A stretch of DNA of 59,815 bases, counting the filler, from Sphacelaria rigidula (Eukaryota): the NCBI GenBank assembly GCA_964200075.2. It is 6 parts of 6 records of this genome, joined end to end, with 100 filler letters (N's around TTAATTAATTAA, not from the genome) between each part and the next. Parts side by side here need not be neighbours in the genome. Positions count along the whole stretch, not along the records: positions 9,988 to 19,873 come from CAXNAA020007554.1; positions 19,974 to 29,859 come from CAXNAA020007555.1; 4 more parts are not named here. One strand, 5' to 3'. The notes under the pieces were generated by a model. The model was not told where the DNA came from. It was given only the letters and a program-made list of their open reading frames with translations, and made no database searches. The translations under genes and the position numbers were made by a program. The number at the start of each line of letters is the position of its first letter. The stretch's first letter is position 1. This document shows, one piece after another, positions 12,651 to 24,035 of the stretch.

Positions 12651-13780
12651 CTGCACCCCCAGCCGCGCAGCTTAGATCCAGCTTGGTTGGCCTTATCGGC
12701 TCGCACACCTTGCCCACCACGATTGACGACCTCTTCCCAATGCCCCCGTTACCCTCCACGGTGAAAACACGACCTTGGTCCTGGAGCTTTTCAACACTTT
12801 CAGGACTAACGCCAGGCATCCCAGCATGATCATTACCCATCTTGTTCGATGCTGCGCTTTCTTTCAATGGCCAAACCCACTCTGCCAGAGACCGCCCGCG
12901 CCGAGACGCCTCAACTGCTCCCTGGGGCGGCGTGGCATTGCTCGTGGCGACTGCTGATTGCTGCCGTGTCCCGTGTGTGAAGTCATACCGCGCCCTACTC
13001 AGCGGCTGGATCTCGGGCGGTGACATGTCCTTCATTTCTGTTCCCTCCACTGCAACAGGCGATGCGTGGGCTTGTCGTTGCCGCGCGGCGGCGGCTGCCG
13101 CTGCCACCGCCTTCTGTCCGCGTTTGGTGATGCTTTTGCTGCTGTTACCTACGCGGGAGAAGCCTGGCTGCTCACTCGAGAGGCCGCTTGTGCGGGCATT
13201 GATTCCTCTTGGCGAGACCATGGTACTCATGTGGTGTCTTGGTGAAGCCACCGCCTCGGCCGATCTGGCCAACATCATACCTTCTACACGAACTATGTTA
13301 TGCTGTAATCCGCTTGCCTGTGGCACGTTACCTGCTGCCCCACCCGCCGCACCCAGGCTTACTTGGCTTTGCAGCGGCTTACTGCTTGTCCTCTATGGTC
13401 GCCCGGCCGCGCAGAGTGACGTTCCTGACAGGCCTCGGATGGCCCAGCGGCCGGGTTAAGACCGGCAGATCTGTTCGGCGTGTGGTGGCTGGTCGTATGG
13501 TGGCCGGCGATCGTCGTTGACTTTTTTCACTGTTGGACGCTCTGATGGCTGCCTTCAGTTTTTGGCGGGTAAAGTCTTTGTTCCAAAGGAGAGTCCTTGC
13601 AGGACGGACAAACGACCTCGATTTGCACACGCTCCTCGCTACCGTGGGATAGTTGTAAGGTGTGCGCGGCAGTTGTCTTTCGCTCACATTGATCGGTGAT
13701 TCGGAGTCCGTAATTAGGTCGTCGACAGGTGCCGTGAAAGATCTACTGATGACTGACTGTGTCCTGTATACTGTACGCTG
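12651..13780 (-). CDS. Possible large exon(s) of an unknown low-complexity protein, with an apparent frame break near 13380
   Basis: Open frames 13948-13379 and 13326-12415 are Ala/Ser/Arg-rich and end at a good donor (GCAG|GTGCGT, 12651). The frames differ and no family motif is recognised. Confidence 0.3.
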
Positions 13781-15115
13781 GTAATTTGTAATTTTCGCCA
13801 CTTTAAAAGGGCAGGACAGAAAAATGAACGCCCATACCCCCGAGGCTCCGAAACTCGAAAGAGTATACAGTGATACCGTGAATATCACGCTCAGACTGAA
13901 GACAAGGGGTGCGGAGTATCGACCACCACGCCCCAGTCGACCAAACAAGCCAAGTTTTTTTTCAGCGAAAGATCACGGTGAGAGTGTTCCAAATCGTACT
14001 TTCTCGGTGATAGTGCTCTCTACGCGACCTCAACCTAACCATCTAACTGAAAATCGAGGTTGTCAAGCTCATTAAAATCTTCGAATAAAGTTACTTTCTG
14101 TTTGGTGTGAAATTGGATGTCGTGGCTGTCAAGCCGGTCCAATGAGGGGTGTTATCCACCGTCATGCTAATTGAGGAGGCGTGCACATTACTCCACGGAT
14201 CGTCGCGTTTATTGCGCGAAACCACGCCCCAGTGCATGCTTCCCAGCTCGCACTGAACAACGCAGTATCGGCGATGGCTGAGGCAGCAAGTTATGTCGCT
14301 GACGAGGGTTCCACTCGAGAGGAGCATTCCATGGAAGGTGTTGATGTGATTGAACACGAATTCCATCGACGGAAAGAAGGCGGTAGGGGTGATGAGATAC
14401 CAGACCACCAGGTGGCAACTTGCGAACCAAAGATATCGGCGGCTGGTGGTTATACAAAGCCGCCGAGGGAAACGAAAAGGGCGGAGGAAGAAGGTCGTAA
14501 ACATTCAGAACATCACGGAATAAGGGCTGACAGTGGTGCCGAGAGTCGTGGCTGTCCCAGGTGCGAAAACCACTTGGTCGCAAGTACTACTGCATTCTAT
14601 CGCACTGTTCTGTCTTTTACTGTACTGTTTGTTCCTGGTACAGCAATTCACCCCGTGAATTTGGCGGGAACGAAGATCGCCGCGCGTGCCGCCTTCGGGC
14701 GGCGGCGTGATGTGATGAAATTATGATTGCGTCGGTCCGCTACGACTTGAAGTTGTCGGTCAATAGTGCTGTCGGTGGGGTTGATGGACAGTTGTGGTTT
14801 GAGAGGCGGGATTCAAGCACTTGTGTACACGGGGGCCTTGGACAACGGGCATGGCGAGTGATGAATTGCCCTGTGCAGTCTCCACACGCCCGTACATGAT
14901 ACTTATAACAGTATAACAAGGTGGTCGCCTCATGAACGCGGTCAGATGGCGTCGATGAGGGCAAAAATGGATAGATTCGTGTCCGCTCTAACCCCACTAC
15001 TAACGGGGCCATCGTAATATAGGAAGAAGGTACACACCTCTCACCGCAATCTACATCTTAACCAGGATCATCCTCCTTTTGTACTTGCCTGTACAGTACA
15101 GTGACTTTGTTCACG

Positions 15116-18100
15116 ATGGCACCCGCCCAATCGCGCACTTCATATCCTCTCTGTGCGCGTAGCCAATCAGCGAATCCCTCAACAACTCCCGGCCAATCGA
15201 TCACATCCTTGGGCGATGCTGGCGTGGGCGCCGAAGTTGGCCACCCCTATAACGACAACATCCCAACATCCACCGTGTATAAGGACCACACAAACGATGA
15301 CAGCGACGACAACAGCAACGGTAGCAGCTACAACAAAGTTCGCCGCGTCGATGGCGACACTTTCTCCGACTCTTCACAATCTCGCTCAGGTGGATCTGCC
15401 AGCAGCATCAGCACATGCCTCGGACCCGGTTCGTACACATCTTCGGCCGTATCAGGCGAAGATGACGATAGCGAATCTTGGATGCGTCCCGGACCCAGCG
15501 GGGTCGGAAGGATGGTCGGTGTCGCAGCCGGTCGATTCGGGCGTGGGGGGTTAGTGGGTGATCTTAGCCATGGAAACGTGTTTGGGTCACTAGGGCAAAT
15601 ACTGTCGGAAGAATCTTCCTCTTCGACATCGGCCACTTTATCGCTACAGCTACCATTTTCGGAAGACGAGGCTGCATGGATGGACGGTCTTGGGCATACG
15701 TTTCCGATTGGTACCGTCGGGAGTGCGGGCGGCAGCGGCGGCAGTGGAGTGGTTGGTGTGCGCTGTGTCGGCGAGAATAGTAACAGCGCACCATTTGCGA
15801 CGGGGCACGGGCAGCAGAGCGGCATTTTGCTTGAAAGGTTGACTGCGGAGACCATGAAGGTCCGCATGCTCGAGCTGAACGAGGAATTAACCCACTTGGA
15901 CCAGTGCCGCAGGTCGCTGGAAGGACAATTGACGCAAGAGCGCGCCAGGTAACGGGTGTGGCACCAGTGTGCGATAGGTGACATAAGAGTTTTCTTGTGA
16001 ACACCCGTTTGTCGAACGGTTGGTGAATTGGACTCTTCCCCCAGAAAGCTGGTTAGGTCTTGCTTGTACGAGAAAGCAGTCATTCTGAATGATACCGGCA
16101 CGTAACCCAAAGCACCCTCCCGTGGTCGTCGTCCAGTCATGTCCAAATGTCCAAACCGACGCTGCGCACGTATGGCGTGGGGTGTTTCCAAGGAGGTGCT
16201 AGTTCTTGTTCTGGTCCAAAAATCGGTTTGCAGGCGGGTAGTTATGTCTGCGATCAAGGGGTTTTGTGGTTCAACGCCGCATAAAAAGCCGCGTCCGCGT
16301 AAGGACATTGATCTCCGACAAGCACTGGTTATTTTATTGCGGGATGTAAAGTTGAAGTGAACGTCATCTTCGTGCTGCTCTCGTTGTCTAATCGATCGGG
16401 CATGCTTCCATCGTTCTTTATCATCATGAGTGGTAGGCACGAAGAGCAGCTTGCAGAGGTGGAGAAGCGCTGGCTGGAGCAGGTTGAAGGACTGAAGAAG
16501 AGCCAAGAGACGCTTGAACTTGAGAGGCACGTTCACGTCTAGAGGGTACGATTAACGTGTACATCACCAACAATTTCGCTTCCCTGAATCTCGCTGTTGC
16601 TGCCCCAATATCGATAGATCCAAGACGTTTTTTTGTTGTGCGGTCTTGTTTCCTTTAGGGTGTATATTATGCACTCTTGTTTTTCTCATGAGCTATATTT
16701 CCGAACATCGTCCAGGGACGGGCTGAACACGCGATTAAAAGACAAGAAGGACATGTATACGGACTTGGAGATGAGCGGCGCTTTGGCCAGGGAGCTCAGG
16801 AGGATGCCAGAGGAAGACCTGACAATCAAGGTGAGGAACTTGACTCCGAGTCAGTATCCGTTGACGATGAATATGCGTTCTTTTCAAGCACATTTCCTAC
16901 GCGTTCCAAATATGGCGTGGAAATACATCCTCGCTACAGAAGCAGCACGAAAATTCCGTGTGACGGCGACTGTTCTCTAGGTACCGCATGTCGATCCATC
17001 TGAGTACGACTACGTCCCCACTACCATGCCATTATCGATACACACGTTGTTGAGGGGTCTGTTCCTTCCGGCGACGACGTCGAGTATGACGTCATAAGAC
17101 AACCCGCCCTTGCATCATGGTTCATTTTTGCTGTAGTTTCGCTCTCCGCCCGCCCTCCCTCCGCATCAGGACGAGTCCGGTAGCTCAAGGGATGGACCCA
17201 TGTCTCCCTCGGTACTCGCCTGTAAGTCGGGTAGTGGGTCAAAACCCGCAGTCCCGTCGACGTCTTCGTCGCATTTTCATTTTTGCTCACTTACGCCCGA
17301 ACCTTTTTGGACGACGAAGACCTCTGCAAAGGCCATTACTGTGAGATTTAGAGCCCACAAGATCAGCACAAACTGATGGTTAATATACCAATTGGTCAAC
17401 CTGGGCCCAACGGTCATAACCTCGCCATTGGCGCCGTACGTTCCCAAGTAGAAATCACAGCGCATTCTCATGTGCGGTCCATGACTCAGGACGACATCAT
17501 TGTTTCGCAACTGTTCACCATGAACCTGGGTTCCCGTTGCTTTCTAATCCCTCTCTCTCCCAACTCGCGAACACTTCTCCTGTGGTCGACGTGGTGGATC
17601 AGGAGTACGTTTCATTGAAGACATACGATCTCGTGGCACAGAGCAAGACGGAGCTAGAGCGAACACGAAGGTAGGCGTACGACGCATAGATTGCAGTGTT
17701 GGTATTGGTGCCAAAAAATCCGGTGCTTCGGGTTGGCCTTACCTTAAGTGAGCTCGGCACGATCTCTCCCCATATACAGAACCCATATCCCGACTTCGGT
17801 AGCTTTCTGCTCCTTGCTCCATCTCTTGTTGCGGCTATGTCTTGCACCTCCTCTCCCCGGAGTACTTTGTCTAGCTGAACGTAGACTTCTGGGCTCTTAA
17901 AGAAGGTGCTCATATGGAGGGTGGACTGGTTTTACATTTATGTATGAGTTATTTGAAAATTTTGTAGGGCGCGGCGACGACAGCCACGGCGGAAGTATTA
18001 TCAAACCCGCGCCTTGAACACGCCTAACCAAGCAACGGCCACCGTTTCCTTCAGCAGACGTCGAATAGTGCCATAGCTGCCAGTTAATCTGCAAGTATAG

Positions 18101-18337
18101 GGTAGTTGCTCACCTGGTATATCTTGTTTTTTTGTCCTTACCCAAGCACTCGTCTTCCGTGATGTACATGGACCCCAAACCCAAATGCCCATAACCGTGT
18201 TGCATCCCACTCGTCGCATCTGGCATGAATCCAGGGAGCTGGAAAAGACGCAGGAACAGCTGCTGGCCACGACCGAGTCAGGAGAACTGCAGAGGAGGGA
18301 GGACGCGCGGGCCAGGCGCCTCGCTACCGTAAGAGAG
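15116..18337 (+). CDS. PIBF1: PIBF1/CEP90-like coiled-coil centriolar protein, 5' partial (at least 5 exons)
   Basis: Phase-consistent exons 15116-15948, 16437-16526 (GC donor), 16716-16830, 17603-17670 and 18235-18337. They splice to ...ELRRMPEEDLTIK|EYVSLKTYDLV..., matching the PIBF1 block PEDQLSIPEYVSVRFYELV as I recall it. Confidence 0.75.
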
Positions 18338-18625
18338 GTTAGAAAGTCAGTCTCGCTACCGCAAGAGAGGTCGGGCATTCATACATCTACAGCTCGTGCA
18401 GTTTGCTGTTTTAGTCGGGTTGAAATGTCTGTCTCGCGATGCAGGACGTGCATACACTTTCTTTCCGCAGTACAGAGGCGAAACCAGCGAGCTACACACC
18501 ACGATGATGCTTTATTGCTAGGTATGTCGAGGCTGGGTGTTTCCTATCGATCCCTGAAGAACCATAGTTTCCTCACCAAAATTCAGCCTGATGGAAAGTT
18601 GGTTGTCGTCGGTGTTTATGGCGAG

Positions 18626-18647
18626 TTGCTGTTGCTGTTGCTGTTAC

Positions 18648-18705
<58 letters not shown>

Positions 18706-18706
18706 G
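18626..18706 (+). repeat. (TTG)n/(CTG)n microsatellite, probably intronic
   Basis: Direct trinucleotide run. Confidence 0.95.
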
Positions 18707-19873
18707 CCTTCATATTAAAAGCCGCTCAGATATCTGCGTAGTACTCTGTACTGGGTATCTGATGCGGACGCCTTCCGTGGTCAAAGGCTAACCACCCCAA
18801 GCTAGAGTATAAAGAAGTGAAAAATATATAATCGGGCCCCGAAAAAATCGCAGAGACACGATAGAAAATGTTGAACCTAAAATGAGCAAATTGCGTATGA
18901 GACGGGAAAACGCGAAAAGCTCATGCCGTGGGTGCGTACGCGCATCGGGAGTCGGACCATTCAAGCCCCGTAGTAGCATGTGTAGAGATACGCAGGACGA
19001 CTTGAATATACTTGTGTTGAGCGTTTCTGTATTAGAAAGACTCATTTCTAGTGTGCGGATGCTACTGTTTAACTCACGGCGGACACGGGATCGAGAGGAC
19101 ACTGGCTCTTACAGAGTTGGCAACTGATTACGTCCCCTAGTAAGGTTCTCACCTGCTCAAATGTGCTCCTTACTTGGCCCGCCCCCCCGAAGATTCTGCA
19201 AGCAAGCTACTGGCGGACATGTCTAACAACACGACTAGGCAGACATGTATAGCACACGTCATTCCTCGCCGCTGCTTGTTGAAAACAAGGACATAGCTCC
19301 AGTCACTTTGGCAGTCATCACTCTAGCTATCCATGGCGCGTGAACAAACGCGGAAAACGCACGTACACACTCGCACACACTCGCATCTTCCAGCACGCAC
19401 GGACAAACGTCGGTCAACGACGCCGACGCCGACGGCAGGCCACCGCACGCAACCCCGCCAACGCCTGAAAGGCGCCCCTTCGAAATATATCTCAGCACTG
19501 ATACCCCGTGTCTATCCTTGCTGCAGGAGTCCTACCACGCGGCAAGGTGTATGTTCATGGTGCCGTCCGCCGCGCTGGCGGTCAAACTGGTACATCAACG
19601 GCCGACTTGGGCGGATTTCGTATGTTAGAATCCAGAGAGATATGATACTTGTAACGAAGCCTGACTTCCATCGTCAAGGGCATGGGGGCATGAGTAGCAC
19701 AATGGACAATTCGATAAGAAAAGCCACGGGCTGCCGGCATGCCAATCCAAAATTCGAAAAAGAATGTCAGGCATGTGCCGGGGGGGGGGGGGGGGGGGGG
19801 AGAATTGTGTGGGGTCGGGGCCCATACGGGGCGGCCCGACGCACCCCCACCCCACGCGGGAGGGCCCCCACAA

Positions 19874-19973
19874 NNNNNNNNNNNNNNNNNNNNNNNNNNN
19901 NNNNNNNNNNNNNNNNNTTAATTAATTAANNNNNNNNNNNNNNNNNNNNNNNNNNNNNNNNNNNNNNNNNNNN
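19874..19973. other. Artificial contig linker
   Basis: N44-TTAATTAATTAA-N44. Confidence 0.98.
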
Positions 19974-20103
19974 TTGTTTCTGTTTCCCCGGTCTTCCGCC
20001 TCTTGTTTCATTTTTTTTTTTTTTTGCCCCGCCCCCCCCCCCCGGCCTCTCATCGTGGCAGCAGTGCTGAATCCACCCGGCCGCACTCCATCGTCGGAGG
20101 TGT

Positions 20104-21147
20104 TCACACCGCCGTCGTCTTCTGAGCCCGGCTTTGGTGTCGTTGTGCACTCCACGGTAGGGGGGACAGGGAATGCCGCCCCTGCGATCCTGCGATATTG
20201 CCCGCGGGCAGGAAGGCGCCGCAGTACTTCTCCTCTTCCCCTCTCCGATCCGGCGGCGCGAATGACACCACATCCGCGGTGGAGGTGGAAGTAGGAGTTG
20301 CACCTACCGCTGCCACACCGCGTGCAGGTTCGAACGACGGGGTCAGGGGATTATTGACGGCGACAACATCCAGCGAGGGGCGAATGCTTGGGGGCGGCCT
20401 GGAGAGCGCCGCGCGCACACCCGCGCCTACCGCAGGCGTCACCCCCCCTTCGAAGGCCGGTAACCCGCTGCAACAATTTTTCCCTCTTCCACTCCGGAGA
20501 TCCGGCGGTGCGGATGCAACCATTTCCGCAGGGGAGGTGTCTCTCGGAGTTACACCCACCGTCGCCGCACCACGTGCACTTCCCAACCCTGGCGGCAGGG
20601 GACTGTCGACGGCGAAAGGAGCCAGCGGCGGACGAATGCTTGAAGGCGATCTGGATGTCGCCGGCAGACCACCGTGTGTCGCCGGCGCCACCCCCCGCCC
20701 GACGGTCGGCCACCCGCCGCGATATCTCTCTCCTTCACCCTGTAGATCCGGCGGCGGGGGCGACACCACACCCGCAAAGGAGGCAGCTGTCGGACTTACA
20801 CCCACCGCCGCCACGTAGCGTGCAGGTTCGAGCAAGGACGGCAGGGGACTGTTGACGGCGGCAGGAGCCAGCGGCGGGCGAATGATTTGTTCCACGCTGC
20901 GCAAAGGTTCGAACACCGGCATCAGGGGAATGTTCACGGCGAGAGGAGCTTGCGGCAGCTGTATGCTTGGCGACGGCCTCGATACCGGCACGCGCATAGT
21001 GCCCCCCGCCGCCGGCGTCACCCCTCGCCCGATGTCCAGCAACCCGCCGCAATACCTGTCTCCTTCTTCATACCGGAGATCCAAGAACGGGGACGATACC
21101 GTGCCCGCAAAGGAGGTGGCGGCCGGAGTGACACCCACCGCAGGCAC
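20104..21147 (-). CDS. Pro/Ala/Gly-rich ORF made of ~3.5 diverged copies of an ~84-aa repeat, probably transposon-associated
   Basis: The unit AVGV(T/S)P...S.PPDL...RYCGG...GRGV.P...SRP.PSI..P.A..AV..PL.P..EP recurs with the frame kept open for 347 codons. Confidence 0.5.
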   Translation of the reverse strand: MPAVGVTPAATSFAGTVSSPFLDLRYEEGDRYCGGLLDIGRGVTPAAGGTMRVPVSRPSPSIQLPQAPLAVNIPLMPVFEPLRSVEQIIRPPLAPAAVNSPLPSLLEPARYVAAVGVSPTAASFAGVVSPPPPDLQGEGERYRGGWPTVGRGVAPATHGGLPATSRSPSSIRPPLAPFAVDSPLPPGLGSARGAATVGVTPRDTSPAEMVASAPPDLRSGRGKNCCSGLPAFEGGVTPAVGAGVRAALSRPPPSIRPSLDVVAVNNPLTPSFEPARGVAAVGATPTSTSTADVVSFAPPDRRGEEEKYCGAFLPAGNIAGSQGRHSLSPLPWSAQRHQSRAQKTTAV

Positions 21148-22800
21148 ACTGCGTGTTGCTCCCGGCGACGGTGTGTGGGGGGATCGTTCGCGGATAGAAG
21201 ACCCAGGATCGGCTGATTGTTTCGAGGCGGCCGCGCGACCGCCGAGTGCAACCCTCCATCTCCTGTCGTAGTCATATCGCCTCCGTCGGTCATGTCATAG
21301 CATGGCGCCATGTCTGCCGCGCCCGATGCACCGCCATTCGGTGCGGGGGCAACGCACTGTGCGGCCTCTCTCGGGTTTACTGCGGTATTCTCGACGCCCG
21401 GGGTAATTCATCTCACGTCGTGGTATGCGACTCTCCGTTGGTCTTGCCCAACGGCTCCCTCCCCTGCACTGGGTGCGGCCTGCGGCGGCGATATATCGCC
21501 TGCCCGCTTTTCCCTCGTGGGAGCTGTCACAGTCGGGGCTGGTGAGGAGCGAGTCACAGCAGACTCCCCTATGCCCCGAGTTCCTTCGCCCGATGACTTC
21601 AGGTGTTTTCGACCCCGTAGAACACCACCTTCGTGCCACATTGTGCTGATGCCGAGCGGTAACGCAGGCTGTACTCGCAAATCGACTTTGCCAGTGCCGT
21701 GCGGTTCCCAGTCACCCGCAGGTAAGCCTGAAAGTCAGAACCGGCCGGTAGACTCTCAGATCACGTCGCATCGAAAACGCAGTCGCACTTCTTCACCTTG
21801 GCCTGTCGGCCTGCCTGCTCGTGCGCTTCAATCGGCGGCACAATGACATCTCGATCGTAACAAACTGCGACGAACCTCACCCCACGTCGGCAGTTTGCCA
21901 TAATTTTCAGGTGGTGATAGTCCACCATCGCTGCCTCGCCAAGTGCAAGAACATGCGGCGGCGGTACACTGTGGAGCTCGCACGGAAGATCAATCGCATG
22001 TCTTTCTGCGGCGAAAAATCTATTCCCTTGAACGGCATCCGGACACTGCTCCTCTATGAAACGCCTCGGTCCAACAGACTTGTTCACGTGCCGCGCACCT
22101 GAAATGCGGGGCGACGGGAGAGGAGGAGCTGCGCGTTTCAAATATCCCCATGCCGTGATCAATATTAGCGTCGGCTGCGCACTGCCGTATTCCCAATATC
22201 CCACGAATTTACTCCGAGTCATGGGGCACACTGCTTCGTCCCCGCCGATGGGGTTGCGTTTCAATATGTGGAAGGGAGGCCCTCTACAAGACGTGTATAC
22301 TTGGGACATGCAAACATGTTGGATGTCACATGTGGGCATTTCGGCGCACCCTACGAGTTTGGCCAGCCTAAGAATGGATTTAAGCTCGGAAAGCAATATG
22401 CCATCGACACAGGCGAGTTGGGCCGTGATCCGCAGATCGCATTAATCGTCTAACCAAGGGGAAGGTGCCCATCTGCTTGAAGCTTTGGGCCCATATTTTC
22501 TCGTCGATTAAACCCCAGTAATTCCTGTACCTCACGGAGATGGCGTCCATACTAAAATATCTATGAAACCCCCGATCGATGCATTCAGCGGATGACGACG
22601 AAGTTTGGTGTGGCCATTCTCTGGAGCAAGGGGGGACGATAGATACGCTCAACTTTACCTCATTCGTTATCTATCTCGAGATGTGACGTACATGAGTTTC
22701 CGTACCGAAATCAATACACAACGAGCAGAGGCACTGCATGCCCTAAATCTGGATATGGCGTCTCCGTTTTTGAGAGTTGTTCCATAACATTTTGTGTGGT

Positions 22801-23047
22801 GACTAATGCCGAGATAGCCCCCCCATAAAAAGTGCACCGGCACCATCCAACGAACCGGCTGCGATCCCACTATTGGGCTCGTTTGCGCAATTTCGACCAC
22901 ATGAGAGACGTGTCGCATTCCGAAATCAGCTATAACGTCCAAATCAGTCGCGTCGTGCAGCACGAAACCAGCTTTAACGGCAGTTGTGATCATCGCCTTC
23001 GTGCACGTTTTCGGCCGGTTTTGGGGGGGACTATCTCGGCAGCAGTC
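22801..23047. mobile_element. 247-bp MITE with ~25-bp TIRs and a 4-bp TSD (TGGT)
   Basis: gactaatgccgagatagccccccc...ggggggactatctcggcagcagtc, flanked by tggt at 22797-22800 and 23048-23051. Confidence 0.75.
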
Positions 23048-23559
23048 TGGTGAACCGCTAGTGCATAATGAAAAAAATGAAAACAGCTGGTTACTTGTTT
23101 CATTTTTTTTCTTTTTCTTCACTTTTTTATCGTGTTTTAGTGGAGTTTTGAGCAGGAATAAACATTTCTCTTGGGCTTCGTCTCATTGTTCTAGCTCAGC
23201 TTTTAGAATTGTGATTTGAAAGTTAGCATAAAGAACCACAAAAGTGTGCCGAATGAAAAAAAATGGCCATTCCTTTATTTCTTCTTCATAGATGCTAGGG
23301 CGTTCTCGTGAAGAAATGGCCTTTACAATAGTCGAACGCCCGAAGCCCGTGAAGCAAATAATTTTTAAAAAGCTGATCAACGGAGTGTTGTTAATTATGA
23401 TTCGGAGAGCGCCCACACAAAATTGCAATACACGAAAACCAAACGTGGGCCGGTGAGTGGCCTTCGAAATACTGTTCCGAATTTCTACTTATCCGGTTTT
23501 TCAAAGGCGTTTGCTCACCCCAATATGTAGATTTGGAGCGTAAAAATTGGCATGAACAA

Positions 23560-23720
23560 TGCATGTGGCATGAACAAAAACTAACCTCGGCACCAGAAGT
23601 TTTTTTCTTTTCATGAGTTAAGGGCAATAGTCCGTTTTCAGGTATGAGTAAAATGCCCTTAACTCATGAAAAAAAAAGCTTTGGTACCGAGGGTATTCTT
23701 TTCAATGCCCCATGCATTTT
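23560..23720. repeat. Imperfect hairpin with ~65-bp arms inside an AT-rich insertion
   Basis: atgcatgtggcat...cctcggcacca...ttcatgagttaagggca versus tgcccttaactcatgaa...tggtaccgagg...atgccccatgcat. Confidence 0.8.
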
Positions 23721-24035
23721 CCATACCAAACGCATGTAAACGTACACCGTCGTGGTCGCCCAAAAGTCACGGGCAACATGAACAAATCCATCCAGCGCGG
23801 ATATGTTCTGCCCAACACCGCTGTAACTGCGCGCCTGTAATATACGGATCCACTACCTTGCATGTTATACTCTTACCTCCCTTCTTGATGGCCATGGCTT
23901 GCGGGACGACGGCCCCCATATGGAGGACAGCTGTGAAGAGATCATCCGACGTTATGAACTTCTTGCGACTGAGCAGAGAAGTGAGGATGCGATGTTGCTC
24001 CATGGCTCGAGCATTGAGGCTGGTGACGCTCTTCT

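Noticed and set aside
15328-16536. 402-aa minus-strand ORF
   Set aside because: Antisense shadow of the PIBF1-like exons and intron; no motifs.
18185-18791. Poly-Leu / poly-Cys ORFs
   Set aside because: Translations of the (TTG)n microsatellite.
19527-19546. Further micro-exon of the PIBF1-like gene (ESYHAA)
   Set aside because: Splice signals are plausible, but it is too short to support without transcripts.
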